From Callorhinchus milii (taxonomy: Eukaryota): 64,000 bases of DNA. Below are positions 1-12,729 of this stretch, piece after piece; within the stretch, counting starts at the first letter, position 1; every line of letters starts with the position of its first letter. The DNA lies in assembly GCF_018977255.1 (NCBI RefSeq), contig NW_024704742.1, positions 67,520,001-67,584,000 of the forward strand. The letters run 5' to 3'. The position numbers and the translations under genes were made by a program. The notes beneath the pieces were generated by a model. The model saw only the letters and a list, made by a program, of their open reading frames with translations, had not been told where the DNA came from and did not search any database.

Positions 1-1099
1 ACCAAAAAAACAAGCGGTAGAAAATCCATTTTAAGTTTAAAAAGAAGCAATTTTGCTTTATATTCTCCTCGTCTTCCAACCTGGAAAGGGAAAGAGATTA
101 TATATATATATATATGCATATATATAAGAGGTTCCACTCCACACTTTTGATCTGAATCGCTTACGGTTAACAAACCGATTGCAATGAAAGTGCAACAACA
201 CTGACTGACTGCACAATATATTGCGTTGCAAAGTGAGTGCTAAATGCAAACGCTTCTTAAGTGTCTCTCGTCGTAACTCCAGACCCAAACGTGTGCAAGA
301 AACGGCCAGTTCTACACCAGGGGAATGGGATACAGGTATCAAACGTGCAAAACATTTGATGGAAGCAGCACTTTTTTTAAAAAAAATTGCAGAACTTTGG
401 GATGGGACTTTAACATCTAAATACCTTCACTGTTATTTTGCTGGGAAAGAATACGTCTGGGGCGCTAAACATCATTGAGAATTTGCTGAAACCCACACAC
501 CCACTCGTACACTCACCTCCATGACTTGGGGCTGTTGTGCCCCCCCCTCTCATCTGAGAATGCAGTCACTTTCAGTTTCTAAAACGTTGATCACCTGAAA
601 ATCGTGGAACCCGTCAAAAAAATATATATATCTCACCCTTTCCTGAAGCCCTACAGCACTGACACTGACACACAGGGGGTGGGTGGCCCGAGGACACCAA
701 ACAAACCCGAGCGGCCAACACACCGTGTAATTACACTGTGGTCATTAGTTGCAAATTTGCACCAAACTACTCTACAAGAGAAGCAAAAGTTTGGCTCTCA
801 AGGGGAGGAAGAGAGAGAGAGTGTGAGTGTGTGTGTGTTTAAAAAAAACAACCCCGAGGCTGTACAAACTCATCCACGTGCGGATCAGGACTGTAGCGAT
901 TAGTTTTTGTTCCCCTGGTGTGGGTGTCCTTTTTTTTCCCACAAAAAGTACAGGAATACAACGTGAAACAGGTCCCCTCCCCGGGGGGGGGGGCGGGGGG
1001 TTAAACAATGAAGAGGTTTTATATTGTCCAATGTATATATATATATATACACGAGAGGATACAATATTAATGTTAATGTAATACACCATACATAGATAT

Positions 1100-1790
1100 A
1101 TGAGGATACAATATTAATATAATACTGTATATATACACATGACCATACAATATTAATAATACTGTGTATATATACACATGACCATACAATATTAATAATA
1201 CTGTGTATATATACACATGACCATACAATATTAATAATACTGTGTATATATACACATGACCATACAATATTAATAATACTGTGTATATATACACATGACC
1301 ATACAATATTAATAATACTGTGTGTATATACACATGACCATACAATATTAATAATACTGTGTATATATACACATGACCATACAATATTAATAATACTGTG
1401 TATATATACACATGACCATACAATATTAATAATACTGTGTATATACACATGACATTACAATATTAATAATACTGTGTGTATACACATGACATTACAATAT
1501 TAATATAATACTGTGTGTATACATATGACATTATAATATTAATAATACTGTGTACATACACATGACCATACAATATTAATATAATACTGTGTATATACAC
1601 ATGACCATACAATATTAATATAATACTGTGTATATACACATGACCATACAATATTAATATAATACTGTGTATATAGACATGGAGATACAATATTAATATA
1701 ATACTGTGTGTATACACATGACCATACAATATTAATAATGCTGTGTATATAGACATGGAGATACAATATTAATATGATACTGTCTACATA
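1100..1790. repeat. AT-rich minisatellite, ~39-41 bp unit (gaccatacaatattaataatactgtgtatatatacacat)
   Basis: About 17 tandem units are directly visible; they produce the periodic spurious ORFs on the minus strand (900..1448, 1073..1450). Confidence 0.95.
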
Positions 1791-2409
1791 CATACATATA
1801 CATACGAGGGAATACAACATTGCAAAGCGGCGATGCTCAGTGCTGGAGCGACTCACGATAACACAGCTGCTGTGTGTGGAGCTGATCAGGAGCTCTCACG
1901 ACCCTCTCCCTCTCTCCTGACACACTGTGATTTAAAGTGAATCACTGGCAGACTGCAGGGCTCTGGTGACTGTTATCAACAATTATCTAAACCCATCACA
2001 TCTCAACACCTCTCCAGACCTCTCCAGCCAGGTCCCCCCCCTCTCTCTCCCTCTCTCTCTCTGCACCACCTTTTTATCAGGACTCCACTAAAAAAAAAGC
2101 GCGCAAATCAACAACAACAACCACCACCACCACAACACCACACACAACACCACACACCAAAAACATTCACATTGAAAACAAGACACAACACGTGCACTGT
2201 TAACACACTATCAAAATAGTTCAACTTCAGGCGATTCGCTTCACTGTTTCCCAGTTTGGCTCGTTACCAATTGGCAAGTTTGTAATGTTTTAATTGCCAG
2301 TATGTATCTCTGTATCACACACACACACATATATATATGTACACAGAGTGAGATCCACACCTATCGGTGTGTGTGTGAGAGAGACTAGCCCATAGAGTAT
2401 GCATCTATA

Positions 2410-2935
2410 GTCCTGTAGCTCAGGGGTTAGAGCGCTCCCCTCACAAGCGAGAGACCCGGGTTTGATTCCCGGCCGGGCGAAACCTTGGGCAAGTTTCCTC
2501 ACTCCTTGCGCCTGATAATAATCCCTCAAGAAAAAAAAACAATGATAAATTGGTCACTTCCATCCACGACTGTTTGTGGGACACTGCTGTGCGCAATTGG
2601 CTGTTGAGTTTCGCCCACAAATGTGCAGTCAATTCACTTTACAGTCTATTCTGTGAAGCGCTTTGAGACGTCGAGAAGACGTGATAAACAACAACAACAA
2701 GATTGCATTTGTACAGCGCCTTTCACGTCGGGAGGACATCCCAAGGCGCTGGACGGTGTACAGCATTTCAGACCAGAGCTGGGGTTGGAGGGGGTAAGGG
2801 AGGGGAGGGGAGGGGGTAAGGGAGGGGAGGGGGTAAGGGAGGGGAGGGGGTAAGGGAGGGGAGGGGAGGGGGTAAGGGAGGGGAGGGGGTAAGGGAGGGG
2901 AAGAGGACTATATCAAATGCGAGGATTATTATTAT
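2410..2935 (+). mobile_element. tRNA-derived SINE (family A, short variant) interrupted by an L2 3' fragment
   Basis: A-box tagctcagggg, B-box ggtttgattcc, body ctgtttgtgggacactgctgtgcgcaattggctg; the tail is split at gacgtgataa| ... |ctatatcaaatgcgaggattattattat. Confidence 0.85.
2688..2905 (-). mobile_element. L2 LINE 3'-end fragment with expanded G-rich repeat
   Basis: (caa)n plus gattgcatttgtacagcgcctttcacgtcgggaggacatcccaaggcgct matches the reverse of the L2 3' ends at ~47600-47660 and ~58260-58310; followed by (gggggtaagggagggga)n. Confidence 0.75.
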
Positions 2936-3075
2936 ATTTTACCCTATGTATATCCATATCAATCAGTGTGTGTGTGTGTGTGTGAGAGAGAGGCACTAAC
3001 CCATAGAGCATGTGTCTATGTATCTCACACACAAACCCACAGGGATATAATCACATGTGTACATGTATGTGTACA

Positions 3076-3110
<35 letters not shown>

Positions 3111-3975
3111 CTATAGCCCACACCTGGGCTGAATTCTCATCATAGAAACCCCTTGACCTACCTGAGACGGCTTGTGCTGTGTGAACTGGAGTGAGCCCAG
3201 TTTGCCCGGGACGTGAGGTTTCCATGTCCTCTACGTTAAACGAGTCGCATGTGTGTTAAATCCAAAGGGAAGTCGATCCACGCGTTGACTGAAGAGCAAA
3301 GCGCTTTTGCTTCCGCAACTGGCGTTTTGCAGTCACACACACACACACAGAGGAGAGGAGAGAGAGAGAGAGAGAGGAGAGAGAGAGGAAAGGAGACACA
3401 GTCTCCACTTTGGGAACTTAGCAAATAAAGTTATCTGACTACCAAGAAGGTCTTCAGCAATCCCACCGGTTATTCCCCAGTGTGTGTGGGATGGGAGTGA
3501 AGGGGTGGGGATAAAGTTCCCCCCCCCACCCCCCTCCACCCCAAAAAAAAAAGTCCACCTCCTCTGTGTCAGAGAGAGAGAGAGAGAGAGAGGTCAGTCA
3601 GTCAGTCAAGTCAGGAGAGAGGGAGTGAGAGAGGGAGAGAGGAGAGGGAGGGAGTCTGGCGATGCAGTGAGGAGCTCCGGCTGCTCCTTTCCTTGCGTCC
3701 AGTTGTTGTCGAGCTAAAAGGTGGGTGGAAAGCGCCTTATAGTCACTCCAACCCCCCACCCTAATAAATAATACCTGGGCCCTCTCTGACTGGCAGCTCC
3801 CCCCCCCCCTCCCCCCCCTCTCTGGTTTTTGTTTGGGTGGTGGGGGTTTCTTTTACGTTAAAGAAAATATTTCAGGACAGATGTGGAGGTTTGCAAACTC
3901 GAGGCTCCTGAGTTTTGTGCTGTTTCCACCCAGGAATGAATCGCCAAAGGGGTTTTGCTGAGTTCCTCCTCTCCT

Positions 3976-4650
3976 CTGTGTGTGAGTGAGTGAGTGTGTG
4001 TGAGTGAGTGTGTGAGTGAGTGGTGTGTGTCTGAATCACTCTCTCGCTGATCCTGTGTGTGTGTGTGTGTGTGTGTGTGAGTGAGTGAGTGTGAGTGGTG
4101 TGTGTCTGAATCACTCTCTCGCTGATCCTGTGTGTGTGTGTGTGTGTGTGTGTGTGAGTGAGTGAGTGTGAGTGGTGTGTGTCTGAATCACTCTCTCGCT
4201 GATCCTGTGTGTGTGTGTGAGTGAGTGAGTGTGAGTGTGTGAGTGAGTGTGAGTGGTGTGTGTCTGAATCACTCTCTCGCTGATCCTGTGTGTGTGTGTG
4301 TGAGTGAGTGAGTGAGTGAGTGTGAGTGAGTGTGTGAGTGAGTGTGAGTGGTGTGTGTCTGAATCACTCTCTCGCTGATCCTGTGTGTGAGTGTGAGTGA
4401 CTGAGTGAGTGTGAGTGGTGTGTGTCTGAATCACTCTCTCGCTGATCCTGTGTGAGTGAGTGTGTGAGTGAGTGTGAGTGGTGTGTGTCTGAATCACTCT
4501 CTCGCTGATCCTGTGTGAGTGAGTGTGTGTGTGTGAGTGGTGTGTGTCTGAATCACTCTCTCGCTGATCCTGTGTGAGTGAGTGTGTGTGAGTGAGAGTG
4601 TGAGTGGTGTGTGTCTGAATCACTCTCTCGCTGATCCTCTGTGTGCGTGA
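3976..4650. repeat. Composite minisatellite: 9 copies of a constant core separated by variable (GT)/(GAGT) tracts
   Basis: Core gagtggtgtgtgtctgaatcactctctcgctgatcct repeated 9 times. Confidence 0.95.
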
Positions 4651-5255
4651 GTGTGTTTTTTTAAAAAGAAGGAGAGCAAACACACAGCAAAGTGTAGCAG
4701 TGAGAGAGGCTGGTCTTTGTGTTTCCTGATGACAAGGGGAGGAAAGGCAAGTCAGTTTCACCAGGCAAACTTCAGGCCAATCAAAGCCGAGGTGAAACTG
4801 ACAGGCACAGTTGCCTGTTGCCTCGCCAATGCCCCACGCCTGGCCCGCTTATAATAAGCATTCATAATAAATACTACTACTGCTACTGCTGCTACTGATA
4901 ATCCTTGCATTTGATATCTTGCACCTTACCGTGGCGTTGACACGGCTCAAATCGCTTGGATTTTGTGAGCGAAACGCGGCAGCCAAGTTGCACTCGCAGA
5001 CAGTGCCCCGCAGACTGCCGTGGAGTGAGTGGGCCAATTTTAGTTATTTGGGGGCGAATGTTGGCCAGGATTTCAGGAGAGAGAAACTCCCTTCTCTTTT
5101 CGAATAGTGTTGTGGGGTCTCCACTGTCCACCGAAAGACACCCGATTCCTCTCTTCAAAGCTCGTGGCAAGACTTTTTTTAAATCGGTTTGAATATACGC
5201 CTGTGGAAAAACAACAAAGGTAGATTTTTTACATATAGGTTTTATATATATATAC

Positions 5256-5603
5256 TGGAGTCCCATAGCATAGTGATAAAGGTGCTCGCCTCGCAAACAA
5301 GCGGACTCAGGTACGGATTCCCAGATGGGACGAACCTGGGCAAGTTTCCTTACACCACACACCTCTGTTTACTGAGCAGTGAATAGGAACCCGGTGGTAG
5401 TGATTGGCACTTCGCTTTCCAGTGGTAATAATCCCTCCTCCCAAAAAGTTGATCACTCAATCCACGACTGTTTGTGGGACACTGCTTCGTGCAGTTGGCT
5501 GCTGGGTTGTGCCCACAAAATACACAGTCAATTCACTTTACAGTGTATTCTGTGAAGAAATTTGAGATGTGATAAGGCGCAATATCAAATGGAAGGATTA
5601 TTA
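5256..5603 (+). mobile_element. tRNA-derived SINE family A, full length
   Basis: ggagtcccatagcatagtg head, ggcaagtttccttac body, gtgaag...ggcgcaatatcaaatggaaggattatta tail. Confidence 0.85.
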
Positions 5604-5821
5604 TATATATATATAGGTAGATTCCCTGTGACTTACACTTGGCATCCTGTAATTCCGTGGAATTGCATAGAATCATAGGTCACCCTGCTTTTTTTTAACC
5701 ATTTTTAAAAACATCTTATTAATGTAATTATATTGAATTACATGGAACGTTACCAGACAGAAACATATTTCATTCCGTCTTCCATACCCCTCTGTTTTTT
5801 TCTCCCTCATATCATTTTGTT

Positions 5822-6032
5822 TTGGTCAACCGGGTGTCTGACACATGTGGAAACCCATCACGATACTTAAAGAGTGTCCAAACCAAACTGAAAATTCTAT
5901 GCATCCCACCTGCACATGGCAATTCCGGATAACTGTTAAAATCCGATGCACATTCTCTCCCTGGAAGGACACATCCTGCTTGGTTAATTCCAGAAAGTAT
6001 TAGGCACAGCTTGGCAAGAGCCAAGGCTTCAG
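5822..6032. repeat. Unclassified ~250 bp interspersed repeat (family X)
   Basis: ccgggtgtctgacacatgtggaaacccatca...ctctccctggaaggacacatcctgctt...taattccagaaagtattaggc recurs at ~21690, 24811 (inverted), 26405, 27217 and 45512. Confidence 0.85.
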
Positions 6033-6049
6033 GACAAGAAAGTTTTTGT

Positions 6050-6368
6050 TGCATTGTTGGAGGTGCCGTCCTTTGATTGAGACTTTAAACTGAAGTCATG
6101 TCAGCCTGTTGTGGTGGATGTTAAAGTTTCCATGGTACTAGGTGAAAAGAGAAGGGAGTTGCTCTCTCCTGGTGTCCTGGCCAATGATCCCCCAAATAAA
6201 ATTGATCATTCACTTCATGGCTGTTTGTGGGACACTGCTGCACACAAATTGACTGCCACATTTTGCTCACAAAATTCACAGTCAATCCACTTTACAGTAT
6301 ATCCTGTGGAGCGCTTTGAAATGTCTCGACGACGTGATAAGGCACTGTATCAAATGCAAAGATTGTTA
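6050..6368 (+). mobile_element. SacSINE1/DeuSINE-like SINE (family B), 5'-truncated
   Basis: ggtggatgttaaagtttccatggtact...gggagtt...ggtgtcctggccaa...ctgtttgtgggacactgctg is the Deu-domain-like segment, followed by the shared tail. Confidence 0.8.
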
Positions 6369-8449
6369 TATGAATGGAAAATCAACACCAAAATAGCATC
6401 TGACTTTGTTCATAGTATCTGGATGCGAGCCAGGGTGAAAATGTCTTCAGAAACCACACTTGTTGGATTCTAACCGGTCCCATTGTTACCTTTATTTGGC
6501 TTTTGGATTTCTATTGCTGATTTTATACTGCTCCTGTTATGTTCTTGCCAGTTTAATTGGGGAAGGGGAACTATTTTGTCCTATGGGCTTGTAAATAAAA
6601 CAACAAACCCCATTCTTGCTGGGGTGTGAGTGAAGTTGATCTCAAATAAAACTGCATCTGGAAAGTGTATTGAGAGGAAAAGGAGTGCGTGTTATAACTT
6701 GGCTGCTGTTTCTGTGCACAGGTTATACTTTCCAGACTTAAGGTTCAGTCAAATAAAACCCGATATCGCTTGAATTCATATCCCAATGCAGCGGTTGCTT
6801 TCACATGTTTTCACAGCACAATTGTCCACTATGATATGTACCAGCAGTAATGATCCCGAAACCTAAACCTGCTCAATAAAGAGACAAAAACTTCCTGCTA
6901 CTGCAAGCCCAATTTACAACTGGAATATAGAGTCGTCTGTAATGTCAATCCTTGCATTTGATATACAGTAAAACTCGTATAAGTCTGATCTGTATTAATT
7001 GAATAGTCGCCTAAGTTGTACATCTGCCTATTCAAGAGTTTATATTGTATGCAGATTTGACATAATTCATACCTTGCATAAGTCATATTAAAGGTATGAT
7101 CCCAACTGATGCAACTTATGTAACTAGACAGTACACTTCACAATACAGTTTAGATTTATACAGTGCCTTTCACATCAGTAGAACGTCCCAAAGTGGATTC
7201 CTAGTGTGGGATGGGTATGGGAGTCAAGGGAGATAGGGAGGGGAAATATAATTTAATGTGGGTTCAAAGAGGTACAGTACGTGCCTTGAAATAATGAATA
7301 GAGGGAGCGATTCAGAGGGACTCAGAGATGGAGTTCCAAATATGTGATATGTTGTGAAACATCGCAAAGTGCTTCACAGGATTTATTGTAAAGTGTAATG
7401 ACTGTATACTTTATTTATAGGCAATCAAGGTAGCACAGCAATGCCCCACAAACATCCATGAAGTAAATAACCAATTTTACTTGGGGCTATTGTTGGCCAG
7501 GACAATTGTGCTGTAAATGACGCACATAATAATAATCCTTACAATTGATATAGCACCGTATCACATCGTTGTGAATCTCAAAGCGCTTCATAGAATATAT
7601 TGTAAAATGGATTGACTGGATTTTATGGACAAAACCCACAAAAATAGTCTAGGCTGTAGCATGCTCTCAGGGTATAATGCTTTCCCCACATTAGAACAAT
7701 GTATATTTCAACTATTCAGTCACATTCTCACACGTTATGATGGCACCCTTCAATCTGTCAATGCTTTATAAACACTCCGGTGCCTTCCGAACGCTGTTAT
7801 CTGAACATTACAGGGTTCAAGAATGCAGCTTGCATGTTAATCTAGGCAAGATACAATACACTCTGTGCTTTCCTTCATGGGTTTGTGTGTTACAGAGAAC
7901 AACAACTTACATTTATATAGCGCCTTTCACACAGGGCAGTGTCTCAGAGTGCTTAACAGTGTTGCTTAATAGCTTAATGGTGCCTGATGCAGAACCACGG
8001 GGAGGAAGGAGGTGACCATAAGCACGTTCAAAGCGGAAGGTCTTCAATTGGGATCTAAAAGAGGTGAAGGAGAGGGCAATACGGAGGGATTGAGTTAGAG
8101 GGTTCACATACAGACTGTTGTGCGCACAGCAACTTGCAACATGCAACAAGCTCCCAGACTGTTTTATTCTGCAGTTAACACATTCCATATCATGTGCATC
8201 TATTTTATTTAGGGAAGTCTTTGTACTATCCAGTTCCGATAAAATCGAATGCAGGAAAAATCCCACTCATAACTGAGAAGAGCTAAACAGGTTCACTGAA
8301 AAATGATGAATAACAACAACTCTTGCATTTGATATAGAATCTTAACACATCATCGAGGCGTCTCAAAGCGCTTCACAGAATATACTGTAAACTGTAGCGA
8401 CATTGTAGGTGTAAAGTGAATGGCCAATTTTTATCCGGGGGATTGTTAT

Positions 8450-8745
8450 AATAATAATCCTTGCATTTGATATAGCGCTTTTCACGTCTTCTAGACGTCC
8501 CAAAGCACTTCACAGAATAGACTGTAAAGTGAATTGACTGTATATTTGTGGGTGAACGCGGAGGCCAATTGCGCACAGCAGTGTCCCACAGTCATAGATT
8601 GAAAATTACCAATTTATTATTGTTTTGTTTTTTTGGAGGGATTATTATTAGTCTCTGTGTGGAGTAAGGAAACTTGCCCAAAGTTTCGCCCTGTCTGGAA
8701 TTGAACTCAGGTCTCTCGCTAGCAAAGCAAGTGCTCTAACCATTG
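8450..8745 (-). mobile_element. SINE family A, short variant
   Basis: Reverse complement of the copy at 29180-29500. Confidence 0.85.
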
Positions 8746-9036
8746 TTGGCCAGGACTCCCTTCTCTTTTTGAATAGTGCCATGGGATCTTTAATGTCCAC
8801 CTCAACCGGTAAATGGGAACTGAGTTTAACGTCTCATCCAAAGCAATGACAATAACTCAAAGTCATGATAACATGGGGCTTAAATCCACAACCTTCTGAC
8901 TCAGAGATGAGAAAAACAAGTTTGAAATAACATTATCGCACAATGGGAGGCACAGTGCTCCCTTGAATTGATTGAGCTATATTAAACGTAAGGATCATTA
9001 TTATTATAATAACTAATCCATATCCATTGTAAGTAG

Positions 9037-9440
9037 AGAAGTCTTGTAGCTCAGTGGTTAGACCACTTGCCTCGCAAGCGAGAGAACTGTGTTCGATTGC
9101 CAACAGGGCGAAATGTTGGGCAAGTTTCCTTACTCCACACACCACTGTTTAGTCCAGTAAGTAGGACCCCAGTTGTTAGTCGATTGGTGGATCACTTTTC
9201 CGGGGGTAATAATTTCTTCAAAAAAAACAATAATAATAAACTGGTCACTTCAATCTACGACTGTTTGTGGGGCACTGCTGTGCGCAATTGGCTGCCGCGT
9301 TTTGTCCACAAAATATACAGTCAATTCACTTTACAGTATATTCTGTGAAGCGCTTTGGGACGTCCTCCAGACGTGAAAAGCGCTATACCAAATGCAAGGA
9401 TTATTATAAGGCGTTATATCAAATGCAAGGATTATTATTA
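9037..9440 (+). mobile_element. SINE family A, full length, with duplicated tail
   Basis: tagctcagtgg A-box, gttcgattgcc B-box; the tail aaatgcaaggattatta occurs twice. Confidence 0.88.
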
Positions 9441-9804
9441 TTAACGCAGCTCATGCTTATTGTGAATGAACACCAAGCCCTGATCACACAATATTATCAC
9501 TATGGGGCTGTGAGGCAGTGATCATCATAAAGTAATAATAATTCTTGCATTTGATATAGTTCCTTAGCATATCATCAAGACATCTCAAAGCGCTTCATAG
9601 GATACACTGTAAAATGGTGTGCACCAATTTGCACACAGCAATGTCCCATAAATAGCCATGAAGTGAGTGACAAATCTAATTTGGGAATTGTTAGCCAGGG
9701 GACCATGAGAAATTAAATACATATACATGTCCGAATACATTGTGTGTATATGTGTAAATAGTTATTTTCCTCTGTAATATTTGAATCCTGAATTGATAAC
9801 GCAT

Positions 9805-10465
9805 GTAGGAACATAGAAACAGGAGGAGGCCATTCAGACCTTCGAGCCTGTTCTGCCATTTAATTAGATCATGGCTGATCTGTACCTCAACTAATCCTTT
9901 CAATTTTAATTTCCCGCTTTCACCCATATCCTTTAATCCCCTGACCTACCCAAACTCTATCAACCTCACTCTTGAAGGTATGGATGGATCGAGCATCCAC
10001 ATCCTTTTTGGGGAGAGAATTCCAGATTTCAACCACCCTTTGAGTGAAAAAAATGCTTCCTGATTTCACTCTTAAATGGCCTGGTTCTAATTTTTAGAAT
10101 ATGCCCCTTGTTTTGGATTCTCCCACCAGAGGAAATAGCTTCTCTGTATCTACCCTATCAAATCCCTTTATCATCGTGAATGCCTCAATCAAATCACCCC
10201 TCAATCTTCTAAACTCAAGGATATACAATCCAAGTTTGCGCAGCCTTTCCTTGTAACTTAACCCTTTTAGGCCTGGTAACATCCCAGTGAGCCTTCGCTG
10301 CACCCCTCCAGGGCCAATATATCTTTCCTGAGATGTGGTGCCCAAAACTGAATGCAGTCTCCAGATGGGGTCTGACTAACGCTCTATACAACTGAAGTTT
10401 CATTTCTTCCCCTTTGTATTCCAGGCCTCGAGATAAAAGCCAACATTCCATTCACCTTTTTGATT
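9805..10465 (-). mobile_element. CR1 LINE 3' portion (ORF2 C-terminus + 3' UTR)
   Basis: ORFs 10215..10451 and 10094..10345 give LQLYRALVRPHLE and VQRRLTGMLPGLKGLSYKERLRKLGLYILEFRRLRGDLIEAF...SKTRG, typical of the CR1 ORF2 end; frameshifted. Confidence 0.92.
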
Positions 10466-10589
10466 ACTTTGTAGTAAAGTATTTAAATATGGGCCATGGA
10501 GAGCATTAACTCAATGTGACATTCACTGCCAGCATGCCATTGAGGACATTATATCCTTAGTCTGTCTCTCTCTTCCTCTCTCTCAGTAT

Positions 10590-10880
10590 TAATAATAATA
10601 ATCCTTGCATTTTATATAGCACCTTTTCGTGTTGTTGAGACGTCTCAAACCGGTTCACAGAATATATTGTAAAGTGGATTGACTCTAAGTTTTGTGGGCA
10701 AAACCTGACAGCCAATTGCTCACAGCAGTGTCCCGCAAACATTCGTGGATGGCCAATTTTTTTTAGATCCACCAATCGACTAACAACTAGATTCCTACTT
10801 ACTGCTCGGTAAACGGAGGCATGTGGAGTAAGGAAACTTGCCAGAGAATTGAAGCCAGGTCCTCTCACCTGTGAGGCAAG
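10590..10880 (-). mobile_element. SINE family A
   Basis: aataatccttgcattttatatagc...ggagtaaggaaacttgcc (reverse strand). Confidence 0.8.
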
Positions 10881-12679
10881 TGTCCCTCTTAGCTGAGTAG
10901 ATACAAAGACCCTCTGTCTCCCTCCTTCCCCCCACCCCCCACAAGCTGGCTTTCTCTTTCCAGCCATCCATTGAGAAACTGACAGCTGCAAACATCTGCA
11001 TTCGGTTACATTCCGCCTCCCACTGGCCGCCAGAGTACAACATCAGCAGCAACCAGAGACCAACACCTGCCAGATCGTGGCAATTGGTGTGAAACACACA
11101 TAGAGAGGGATTCACCTCAACCAACAGCAGATAACCCGGTATGAGTCAGAAGTCATTTATTCTTGGTTCCTAACTCGGAGGTGGTGGTGGGGGAAAAGGA
11201 GAGGGAGAGGGGGAGAGCGGCTGACTGTTTATTACACATCTGTTAGAGGCAGTGATCTAATCGTTGGGATGCAATAAAATTGATGTTTCCTCTGAATGCA
11301 GGCGTCATGCACCCTCCCTCATCCTTTCACATTGTGCAGTTCATTATCTATAAACCCAGGTATTATTGTGTTCCCTTCTCTCAGCCAGGAACATATATTG
11401 ACTGTTAAGCAAGGATCAGCAGCTTGTGACCTCTGGACATTTGTGTTTTTTGGGGGGTGAAAACAAAAATTTTTTTTTTAAAAAAGTGTATCTGCCAATT
11501 GGCTTGTTTTTTGTAAAAGAAATGTAATAATAATATTTTTTTGAAATTGCGAAAAAGTTTATGGGGGATGTGCGGCAATGAATTTGAATGGTAGAACAAG
11601 TATAAGGGTGGATGTATTGAGAGACTGATATTCATTGAGATTATCAAAAAAGTGTGCAATTGGCTGCTGTGTTTCGCCCACAAAATACAGTCAATCCAAT
11701 ATATTCTTTGAAACACTTTGAGACATCTCAACGACACAATAAGGCACAATATCAAATGCAAGGATTATTATTATTATTATTAATGTATGGATCCACTGAA
11801 ATACAGATCGATGAGAGTAAAACAAGTCACGCTTCAGAACAGATTCCTAATTTCTGTTTCAAAATATCCCACTTTCAACAACAAATTATATTTATATAGC
11901 GCCTTTCACATCAGAAGGACGTCCCACTGAGCTGGACATTTAAGGGTTTGTACCTGAGCTGGGGTTTGGAATCGAGAGGGGTGGAGGGTAAGGGGAGTGG
12001 GGATAGGAGGGTGACTGAAAGCATCAAAAAGAAAAGTCTTGAGACGGGCCTTCAAGGAGGAAAGTGAGGGGGTGAGGTGGGATAGAATTCCAGATGATGG
12101 GGGCAGAAAAGCTGCAGGCTCGACCCCGATTGTAAGCGGGCAAGACGGGACAGGCTAGTGCCCACAATAATTCTGAGTCACCGTTAAGGGTGACCCACTA
12201 GGTTTGCTGTGTATCAGTTGAGGGGTATTAACCACAGCTCAAGGGGGGCTCAGGGGGGCAGCGATGAGGCATTAAGGAGAGTTTTAACTTTAACACTGAC
12301 TGTGGTATTGCCTGAATACTGCTACAATTGGAGCAGCGAAACAAGGCACCACCAAGAGAGATAAGAAGCAGGCAGGGAGGCAGGAGGAAAAGAAAGGAAT
12401 GAAAGAACAGTTGAGCATTTTTATGGTGTCTTTATCAGGTCAAAACATCCCAAACCGCTTCACGGTGATTATGTGCTTTGTCAAGTGCAGTTGTAGGCAA
12501 GCACATCGCAATGATAAGCCTTTAAGTTCCATGAAGGTGATATCCATTTTGTTGTGTGTGTGTGTGTATTTGGAAATAAATCACAACTTTATCATTAGAC
12601 AATTAAACATGTGAAAGAAACACTGTTCAGTTAGTGAACGGGAGTGTGAGCGGCAATTGTGTGAACTACAGGAGCATTT

Positions 12680-12698
12680 GAGCACCATCTAGTGGACA
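12680..12698 (-). promoter_or_regulatory. CTCF-like motif
   Basis: Minus strand reads tgtccactagatggtgctc, close to the CCASYAGRKGGCRC core. Confidence 0.5.
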
Positions 12699-12729
12699 AA
12701 TACTAAATAATAATAATAATTATTTTGCG

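Noticed and set aside
900..1856. Long periodic ORFs (up to 182 aa)
   Set aside because: Artefacts of the 39-bp minisatellite.
3976..4650. CRISPR-like repeat-spacer array
   Set aside because: The spacers are low-complexity GT/GAGT tracts rather than unique sequences, there are no cas genes, and the context is vertebrate.
4111..4761. 216-aa His/Thr-rich ORF
   Set aside because: Translation of the composite minisatellite.
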